From NCBI GenBank assembly GCA_020049595.1, contig JAIFKL010000125.1, forward strand, positions 1 through 42,927: a DNA stretch of 42,927 nucleotides, written 5' to 3'. The notes below the pieces were generated by a model. That model did not search any database, was not told the origin of the DNA, and saw only the letters and a program-made list of their open reading frames with translations. The position numbers and the translations under genes are program-made. Source of the DNA: Desulfobacteraceae bacterium. GTDB lineage: Bacteria > Desulfobacterota > Desulfobacteria > Desulfobacterales > JAIFKL01. Within the stretch, counting starts at the first letter, position 1; every line of letters begins with the position of its first letter. Positions 15,690 to 22,417 of the stretch are shown here, in pieces.

Positions 15690-15740
15690 TTTCCGGTGAT
15701 TTCCGCACTTCTCACTTCTCACTTCTCACTTCTCACTTTC
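15596..15740. repeat. Heptamer hairpin element lying entirely within coding sequence
   Basis: (GAGAAGT/GAGAAAT) arm at 15596-15623. Centre GCCGTTTTTTAATAAGACGGC at 15624-15644. Degenerate then perfect (CTTCTCA)n up to 15740. Confidence 0.85.
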
Positions 15741-16474
15741 ATCATTTCCCGCTGGCGGAAAGCTTCATACATGACAACCGCGCCTGCTGCGGAAGCGTTG
15801 AGCGAATCTGTCTGTCCTGTCTGCGGGATGCGGATCAGCAGATCGCAATGTTTTCTGACAAGGGGACGGATGCCTTTTTCCTCTCCTCCGATAACAAATG
15901 CAAGCGGATATGTCAATTCAGCAGCAAAAAGCGACTGATTCGCTGCTGTGTCCGTGCCTATAACCCATAAGCCTTTTTTTTTCAATTCTTTTATCGTGGC
16001 AACGAGATTTGTCACTCTTGTCAGAAGTATATGCTCCATCGCGCCCGCGGAAGCTTTTGACACTGCCGGCGTCGGCAATGCAGAGCGGTCTTTCAGAAGA
16101 ATGATGCCGTGAACGCCTGCACACAATGCGGTCCGAATCAGCGCACCCAGATTGTTTGTATCCGAAACCGTATCCGGTATGAGCAGAAACGGCGGACCGG
16201 CTGAGGAATCGGCTTTTTCAAAAATATCCGAAAGATCGGCAAAGGGATAGGGACTGACGCGTGCGGCGATGCCCTGATGATGGTCTGTGCCTGTCATTTC
16301 CTTCAGTTGGGAAAGGGAAATTCTTTTGACAGGAATATGACCGGATTCTGCATAATCTGCAAGCTTTTCAAGCCGTGGTGAAGATTTTGCAATACAGATT
16401 TCAACAAAATCTCTTCTGGCTGCCCGAATCGCTTCAAGAACCGGATGAATGCCGTAAAGTATCTCTGTTTTCAT
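15719..16474 (-). CDS. rlmB: 23S rRNA (guanosine-2'-O)-methyltransferase, SpoU/TrmH family (RlmB-like)
   Basis: YGIHPVLEAI N-terminal substrate-binding domain plus SpoU motifs (NLGALIRTA, FVIGGEEKGI, SLNASAAGAVVMYE). The last 5 codons and the stop are encoded by the heptamer array. Confidence 0.85.
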   Translation of the reverse strand: MKTEILYGIHPVLEAIRAARRDFVEICIAKSSPRLEKLADYAESGHIPVKRISLSQLKEMTGTDHHQGIAARVSPYPFADLSDIFEKADSSAGPPFLLIPDTVSDTNNLGALIRTALCAGVHGIILLKDRSALPTPAVSKASAGAMEHILLTRVTNLVATIKELKKKGLWVIGTDTAANQSLFAAELTYPLAFVIGGEEKGIRPLVRKHCDLLIRIPQTGQTDSLNASAAGAVVMYEAFRQREMMKVRSEK

Positions 16475-16496
16475 TTATATGCTTATGCTGTTATTT

Positions 16497-16544
16497 GTTC
16501 AGCCACGATATTCGTGAACAATTCGTGTTCATTCGTGGCTGAAC
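16497..16544. repeat. CACGAA-word hairpin
   Basis: GTTCAGCCACGA ... TCGTGGCTGAAC, between gmk and rlmB. Confidence 0.8.
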
Positions 16545-16555
16545 AAAAAATACAA

Positions 16556-17164
16556 TTATTTTTTTTCCAAACGATAGGATTCCACGACGGCAATCAGTTC
16601 TTTCACCGTATCCGGAAGGCTGTCATTTACAATGATATGACGGTAACGGTCCTTTTCCGCCATTTCTTTTTCCGCATGGAGCAGGCGCGCGGCAATCACT
16701 TCTTTTTTGTCTGTGGCTCTTGATTCCAAACGGGCTTTAAGCGCCTCAGAAGACGGCGGCATAATAAAAATCGTCACAGCCTCGTGGTATAGTGTGATAA
16801 TTTGCAGCATTCCATGAACATCAATATCCAGCAGCACGTCATATCCGGCTGACATGGCTGTATCTAAAAATTCGGCGGATGTGCCGTAAAAATTGCCGTG
16901 AAGTGTTGCCCATTCTGCCCATTTGCCGGTCTGAGTTCCTTTCACAAACTCGTCTTTTGTGATGAAACAGTAATCAATACCGTCAGTTTCGCCTGCACGG
17001 GGCTGGCGGGTGGTATAAGATACGGAAAAGCGCATATCGGGAAAATGAGCAAGCAGGGCCTTGCAAAGCGTTGTTTTGCCTGCTCCCGAAGGCGCGGAAA
17101 GAATAAAAAGCTTGCCACGGGTTCGGGATTCAGTCACGGTTTTCATCGGAATTGTCATTGTCAT
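16556..17164 (-). CDS. gmk: Guanylate kinase
   Basis: P-loop [20 protein letters not shown], and YGT motifs. The start may be one of the internal Met codons (17158 or 17146). Confidence 0.9.
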   Translation of the reverse strand: MTMTIPMKTVTESRTRGKLFILSAPSGAGKTTLCKALLAHFPDMRFSVSYTTRQPRAGETDGIDYCFITKDEFVKGTQTGKWAEWATLHGNFYGTSAEFLDTAMSAGYDVLLDIDVHGMLQIITLYHEAVTIFIMPPSSEALKARLESRATDKKEVIAARLLHAEKEMAEKDRYRHIIVNDSLPDTVKELIAVVESYRLEKK

Positions 17165-17489
17165 AAGTTTTTTCCCTCTCCTTCGGGGAGAACACAGAGG
17201 AGAGGCTTATCTGTTTTTTATCGCTGCGGGCATTCCTGTCAGTGTCTTTCAGCATTTCATATCGCTGTGATATGGTTTCTGCCTGAATTGCAGAGAGAAT
17301 CACATGGTTACTGTCTGTGATGATGATTGAGCGTGTTTTACGCCCGTGGGTGGCGTCCACCAGACGTTTTTCTTCTTTTGCCTCATCTTTCAGACGTTTC
17401 ATCGGCGCGGAATTGGGAGAAACAACGGCAACCACGCGCTCGGCAACCACCGTACCCCCGAAACCGATATTTAACAAACTTTGTTCCAT
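17130..17489 (-). CDS. remA: RemA/DUF370 family regulator with a roughly 30-aa C-terminal extension
   Basis: [29 protein letters not shown]...[29 protein letters not shown] matches the RemA family. The tail runs through a hairpin word and overlaps gmk. Confidence 0.8.
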   Translation of the reverse strand: MEQSLLNIGFGGTVVAERVVAVVSPNSAPMKRLKDEAKEEKRLVDATHGRKTRSIIITDSNHVILSAIQAETISQRYEMLKDTDRNARSDKKQISLSSVFSPKEREKTYDNDNSDENRD

Positions 17490-17504
17490 TCTTCCTCCCG
17501 GAAA

Positions 17505-17556
17505 AGAATTGAGAATTGAGAATTGAGAATTGAGAAATAATTCTCAATTCTCAATT
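17505..17556. repeat. Inverted heptamer pair with a 3-nt loop
   Basis: (TGAGAAT)4 followed by TAA and (ATTCTCA)2, between the yicC stop and the remA start. Confidence 0.9.
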
Positions 17557-18436
17557 ATTCAATATTCTGAACCTGTTCTCTGATTTTTTCAAGTTCGGAT
17601 TTAAGGGCAACGATGATATGAGAAATATCCACATTTCCCGATTTGGATCCCATCGTGTTAAATTCCCGGTTAAATTCCTGCAAGAGAAAATTGAGTTTCC
17701 GGCCCGGGGCCTCTTCCGAGTCCATAATCAAACGAAACTGCCGGATATGGCTTCTGGCTCTGAGGATTTCTTCGGAAATATCGCTTCGGTCCGCAAGAAA
17801 AGCAGCTTCCTGTGCAATCCGTGAGGGATCAATCTCGGTGATGCCACGGGTTAAGGCTTCGATGCGCTCTTTCAGACGTTCCTGATAATAAAACACAAGA
17901 TCGCCGGCTTTTTTTTCGATTTCATTCATACTTTCAGCGATATACGCAAGGCGGGCGGTAAAATCTCCGGCAATAAATTCCCCCTCCTTTTTCCGCATGG
18001 CATTGAGTTCGGCGATTGCACCGCTGATGCAGTCCCGGATTTCGGGCCAGCGTTTTTCGGCATCCGTATCAGTTTCTGCCGGTCTTATAATGCCCCCAAG
18101 CCCTGCCAGAAGTTCCAGAGAGATGTCCGTATGAATGCCGAACATCTCTTTCAACTGTAGCAGCGCCTGATGATATGCTGCCGCTTTTGCCTCTCTGACT
18201 TCAAAAATGCAGGCTTCTTCAGCATCATCTTTTATGTGTAATTTAATTTCTATCCTGCCTCTTGTCACTTTTTCTGAAATCAGCGATTTGATTTTTTCTT
18301 CGAGCGCAATATAACTTTGGGGAATACGCAGAACAAGATCGAGGTATCTGCTGTTGTAAGAACGGGCTTCAACTCTGATTTCCATGTTCTCCGTTATCTG
18401 TTCCGCCCGTGAAAAAGCTGTCATGCTTTTTATCAT
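17555..18436 (-). CDS. yicC: YicC-family stress-induced protein (YicC_N + DUF1732)
   Basis: MIKSMTAFSRAE start and C-terminal LLQEFNREFNTMGSK motif. The yicC-remA-gmk order is a common operon. Confidence 0.85.
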   Translation of the reverse strand: MIKSMTAFSRAEQITENMEIRVEARSYNSRYLDLVLRIPQSYIALEEKIKSLISEKVTRGRIEIKLHIKDDAEEACIFEVREAKAAAYHQALLQLKEMFGIHTDISLELLAGLGGIIRPAETDTDAEKRWPEIRDCISGAIAELNAMRKKEGEFIAGDFTARLAYIAESMNEIEKKAGDLVFYYQERLKERIEALTRGITEIDPSRIAQEAAFLADRSDISEEILRARSHIRQFRLIMDSEEAPGRKLNFLLQEFNREFNTMGSKSGNVDISHIIVALKSELEKIREQVQNIE

Positions 18437-18490
18437 TTTAAGACCTTGATTTATAGGATTAAAAGATTTTCATGATTAAAAATGTGCTGT

Positions 18491-18530
18491 CACTTCTCAC
18501 TTCTCACTTCTCAATTCTCAATTCTCAATT
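18491..18530. repeat. Heptamer array, single arm (CTTCTCA x3 then ATTCTCA x3 on the + strand)
   Basis: Contains the stop and last codons of the minus-strand gene 18511-19041. Confidence 0.9.
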
Positions 18531-19041
18531 CCCTGACATACCTGTCACGCACCTGTTTCAGCCAGACCCGCATTTTTTTGTCGGCATAATCCGGATAGGT
18601 CCAGGGTAAGGTCTGAAATCCGCCTTTTGTATAAATCAGGGTGAGGTCTGCATAAATTCCTTTGCCGATATAGATTCTGTGGGTAAAATTTTTGCCGCTT
18701 GCAAGGACAAACCGCTCGTGCAGCATGTATCCGGGATCAATATTTATATTCCGCATACCGTCTTTCGAAAAATTTTTTTCAATCTCGTTGGTGATGATTT
18801 TTATATCTGCCAAAGCCGTCTGTTCTGTCAGGGTCTGAAAGGTAAGCATCCGCCGGAAAAGGGGACTTCCTGTTTCACGTTCATAATAATCGGTATAGTC
18901 AAATGCCATCCATGAACTTATCATGTCAACCGGACCGAAATTTTCAGCCAGCAGCTTTGCAGCCGGTTCCAAGAGATTCTTTTCTTTCATAAAAAGCCCG
19001 ATTACCAACTTTGCGGGCTTGGGCAGTTGGGGAATACTCAT
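18511..19041 (-). CDS. Conserved hypothetical protein (possibly DUF4416 family)
   Basis: 176-aa ORF. The family call is from memory of the KLVIGLF...FDYTDYYE pattern. The last residues RELRIEN and the stop are encoded by a heptamer array. Confidence 0.7.
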   Translation of the reverse strand: MSIPQLPKPAKLVIGLFMKEKNLLEPAAKLLAENFGPVDMISSWMAFDYTDYYERETGSPLFRRMLTFQTLTEQTALADIKIITNEIEKNFSKDGMRNINIDPGYMLHERFVLASGKNFTHRIYIGKGIYADLTLIYTKGGFQTLPWTYPDYADKKMRVWLKQVRDRYVRELRIEN

Positions 19042-19097
19042 ATATACAAAAAATTTGAAAGTTGAGGGATTTTTTAAAACAAACTTAATTTTTCCAT

Positions 19098-19274
19098 TTA
19101 ATCAGATGATATCTTTTTTGCTTCCTCAATCAGCATAATAGGAATCTCATCTCTTATTTCATATAACAGTTTGCATTTGTCACAAATCAGTCCGGTTTCC
19201 GTATCATTCAGACGGATGCCGCCTTTGCACTTGGGACATGCCAGAATTTCAAGAAGTTCTTTGTTGATTGCCAT
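19098..19274 (-). CDS. Trm112-family small zinc-ribbon protein (UPF0434)
   Basis: Hand-translated 58-aa ORF that the ORF track misses: MAINKELLEILACPKCKGGIRLNDTETGLICDKCKLLYEIRDEIPIMLIEEAKKISSD. AAGGAGA RBS upstream. Confidence 0.8.
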   Translation of the reverse strand: MAINKELLEILACPKCKGGIRLNDTETGLICDKCKLLYEIRDEIPIMLIEEAKKISSD

Positions 19275-19532
19275 GATTCTTTCTCCTTACGCATGGTTGA
19301 ATCTCTGAAAAAGGTAAGGTAATAATGCAGACGCAGTGATGAATTTTATCTCTGTCATTCTGATCCGATTCTGCCATTCTGAGCTGACTGCTCATACAGA
19401 ACATAAAATATCATCATAGCAAATAAAATAGAAGCTTGCAAAATAAAAAACGCTTCCCCCTGTTTTCGCTACTTTCTTGCTTTATGAACTTTTTAATGTT
19501 ACAAGAAGTCCTCAAATAATGTTATTATGTAA

Positions 19533-19675
19533 TAGGAGTTACGCTTATGGAATTTCTGCATCGTAAAAATTAACCGCAAAGAGCGCAAAGTTCCCGCAAA
19601 GAGCGCAAAGTTTTAAAATATATCTTTGCGTAACTTTGCGGTTAAAAAAAGCAGGATTCAACTGCGTAACTCCTA
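19533..19675. repeat. Nested palindrome (TAGGAGTTACGC outer, CGCAAAG words inner)
   Basis: TAGGAGTTACGC (19533-19544) / GCGTAACTCCTA (19664-19675). TTAACCGCAAAG / CTTTGCGGTTAA. CGCAAAGAGCGCAAAGTT occurs twice. Confidence 0.85.
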
Positions 19676-19774
19676 ATGTAAATTGAAATATCGTCATAAA
19701 TTATGATGCTGATCATAAGGCTATGACCGTAACCGCAGGGGCAGGAAATCCCATAAGCCTGCATGATTTGAAAT

Positions 19775-20785
19775 ATGAGCAGTAATTTTAAAATTCAACA
19801 TAAAGAAAATGTCTTGTTTCCGGAAATGATTGCAGAAAAAACAATCAGTTTGGAAAGTCGCAGGTATATTGGAAATAAATCAAAGCTGACCGGTTGGATT
19901 TTTGAAAATATCTTGAACGAAACTGCTGAAATAAATACTTTTTTTGATGTGTTCGCAGGAACGGCAAGCATTGCGAAAGCAGCAATAAAATACTTCAAAA
20001 AATTGATAATAAATGATATTTTGTATTCAAATGCCATTATTTACAAAGCATTTTTTGAAAAAAGCCGGTGGAATAAAATAAAAATTGAAAAATTGTTGAA
20101 TGGCTATAATTCAATTGATCCCGATATGTTGACCGATAATTATTTTTCCGAAAATTTCGGGAATAAATTTTTTGACAACCAAAATGCAAAATTAATCGGT
20201 TTTATCAGAGAAGATATTGAAAAACAGAAAACGGATTTAACAGAAAAAGAATACAGTATTTTATTGGCAACTCTGATTTATAATATTGATAAAATTGCAA
20301 ATACTGTCGGACATTTTGACGCTTACATAAAAAAACCGATTAAATATCGTCAATTGGAATTAAAATTAATTGAATCCGTAGAATTTGAACATATTGAAAT
20401 TTATAGAGAAGACGCAAATAAATTGGTCAGAAATTTGCGGGCAGACCTTGCATATATTGACCCGCCTTATAATTCAAGACAATACAGTCGTTTTTATCAT
20501 ATATACGAAACGCTCGTAAAGTGGGACAAACCGCCTTTATTCGGCGTTGCTTTGAAACCCGAAACCGAAAATATGAGTTTATATTGCACAGTAAAAGCAA
20601 AAGACACTTTTAAAGATTTAATTGAAAATCTGAATGTCAGATATATTGCTGTTTCTTATAACAATACATATAAATCGAAGAGCAATTCATCGGAAAATAA
20701 AATTAAATTGGAATATTATATAAATATATGCAGCCTAAAATTCAAATTTTGTCAAATACAAATTTCGCTCTTGCAGATGTTTTAA
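19775..20785 (+). CDS. N6-adenine DNA methyltransferase, D12 (Dam-like) class
   Basis: Motif I FDVFAGTASIA and motif IV IDPPYNSRQY, then SYNN. The gene is very AT-rich. Its 3' end overlaps the next gene by 58 nt. Confidence 0.85.
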   Translation: MSSNFKIQHKENVLFPEMIAEKTISLESRRYIGNKSKLTGWIFENILNETAEINTFFDVFAGTASIAKAAIKYFKKLIINDILYSNAIIYKAFFEKSRWNKIKIEKLLNGYNSIDPDMLTDNYFSENFGNKFFDNQNAKLIGFIREDIEKQKTDLTEKEYSILLATLIYNIDKIANTVGHFDAYIKKPIKYRQLELKLIESVEFEHIEIYREDANKLVRNLRADLAYIDPPYNSRQYSRFYHIYETLVKWDKPPLFGVALKPETENMSLYCTVKAKDTFKDLIENLNVRYIAVSYNNTYKSKSNSSENKIKLEYYINICSLKFKFCQIQISLLQMF

Positions 20786-21669
20786 AAAGCGAATTTGTTG
20801 AAAGTACATCAGTAAAAATCGCTGTGGCTTTTTTACGTAGAACAGGTTTGGATTATTTATATAAAAGCTTAGATTATGCTTTAACTGTAAATAATGCGAA
20901 AGTTGAATTTATTGTTGGTTTAGATTTTAAAACTACTGACGCAGAAGCATTAACCGCTTTAAATGAAATAAAAAGTAACTATACAAATTTTGAATTTTAT
21001 TGTTTTGGAGATAAAAGAGATAATCATAATGATTTAATATTTCATCCTAAAATATATATGTTTCATACAGAGCTTTCAAAAGGAACAAAGTATAGCTCTG
21101 TTGTCGGTTCTTCAAATTTCACAGGTGGTGGTTTAACTACAAATTTTGAAGTAAATACCATTTTCAGAGAATACAAACCTATATATTATAATCAATTAAG
21201 TGCTATTTATGATGAAATAAAATATACTGATAGTATCTTTCAGCCTTCAAAAAATTACATAAATAAATATAAAAATATAAAAGAAGAATTAGATAAATCA
21301 GTAAAAAAAATAATTGATATTGATGTTAAAGAAGAACTTATTGAATTAAAACAAGAAGAATTAAACTTACCCGGAACAATTCCTTCGATAAACTTGATGA
21401 TTATTAAATTTATTAAAGAAAAAAATAAGCAAGGTTTAGAATTTGTTTCTTTAAAAGATATTTATATTGAACTTGAAAATCAAATTAAACAAAGAAATCT
21501 TGAAGGCAAATATAAATTAGATACTTTCAGAAATACAATCAGGGGTGAGTTAAATACAAATGAAATAAATAGCGGACACAAAAACAATAAAAAATTATTT
21601 ATTCGTTCAAATGATAAAAATGCTTTTTATAAACTATCAGAAAATGGTATAAATTATAAAGGAAGATAA
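20728..21669 (+). CDS. PLD-family (HKD) nuclease, putative restriction endonuclease, with a C-terminal winged-helix-like domain
   Basis: Single HxK...GSxN motif (HPKIYMFH...VVGSSNFT), as in Nuc/BfiI-type nucleases. Lies adjacent to the methyltransferase and is AT-rich. Confidence 0.75.
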   Translation: MQPKIQILSNTNFALADVLKSEFVESTSVKIAVAFLRRTGLDYLYKSLDYALTVNNAKVEFIVGLDFKTTDAEALTALNEIKSNYTNFEFYCFGDKRDNHNDLIFHPKIYMFHTELSKGTKYSSVVGSSNFTGGGLTTNFEVNTIFREYKPIYYNQLSAIYDEIKYTDSIFQPSKNYINKYKNIKEELDKSVKKIIDIDVKEELIELKQEELNLPGTIPSINLMIIKFIKEKNKQGLEFVSLKDIYIELENQIKQRNLEGKYKLDTFRNTIRGELNTNEINSGHKNNKKLFIRSNDKNAFYKLSENGINYKGR

Positions 21670-21671
21670 CT

Positions 21672-21890
21672 ATGTATTATGCAATTTATGATAATCAAAC
21701 TGATGAAATAAAGCATCTGGGATTAAATAGCAATTCCTTGAAAGAGATAAGAGACAGTCTGATAAGTTTTTTGTTGGACGGTAATTTTTGCGAAGAAGGT
21801 GAAAAATCAATTAGAAAAAGTTCATTGAAAAACCTATTGAATGATTACGAATTTTCATTGTTAAAATCTAAAACCCCATTTGAAATCTAA
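21672..21890 (+). CDS. Hypothetical 72-aa protein
   Basis: Starts 3 nt after the nuclease stop and has the same AT-rich composition. No motif recognised. Confidence 0.45.
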   Translation: MYYAIYDNQTDEIKHLGLNSNSLKEIRDSLISFLLDGNFCEEGEKSIRKSSLKNLLNDYEFSLLKSKTPFEI

Positions 21891-21922
21891 TACCGATTCG
21901 CTTTCAAACACGGGGTTTTTTT
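21874..21922 (+). terminator. Possible intrinsic terminator of the AT-rich islet
   Basis: Imperfect stem CCCCATTTGAAA / TTTCAAACACGGGG followed by T7. It overlaps the stop of the 72-aa ORF. Confidence 0.4.
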
Positions 21923-22011
21923 CCTAATTTTATGCCTATAACTACAGAAGATGACTTTTATTTTTTGATAGCGAGTTAGTATAAAAACGAAATTTTAACA
22001 ATTAAAATTAT

Positions 22012-22170
22012 TGGTAGTGGTATAGAAGATGTGATAAAGTCTGTCGTTGTCATTCTGATCTGAGTGAAGAATACTTTATTATAACAGTGTATTATATAAA
22101 TGAGATTCTTTCGCTCCTCTCAGAATGACACTTCCGAATCACCTGCTTCTGTACCACCAGCAAATTATTT
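22012..22170. repeat. Imperfect inverted repeat (GTCATTCTGA word family) at the right edge of the AT-rich islet
   Basis: ...GTCGTTGTCATTCTGA (to about 22058) against TCAGAATGACACTTCCGAATCACCTGCTTCTGTACCACCAG (from about 22120). Confidence 0.6.
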
Positions 22171-22417
22171 AAAAAGCAACGAAAGCGTTGATACAGAAAG
22201 GACTGTATAAAGCTAAAATTTCATTTTAGCACTCCGCATTTACAGACACATGCAGAAATGCGGCGTTTATAAAATTTCAATACGGTTTGGATGTTAAAAT
22301 ATTAGATATTGATTTATTTCTGAATCAATTAGAAAAACGGAAAACATTAAAAGAAGCCGCCTTTACGGCGACAAGCTGTAACTTATTGAATATAAAATAA
22401 AAAAGAAAGGAAAAACA

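Noticed and set aside
19098-19274. Whether the Trm112-like ORF belongs to the AT-rich islet.
   Set aside because: Its composition and codon use look like the core genome, and it lies with the yicC-gmk block, so I treat it as the last core gene before the islet.
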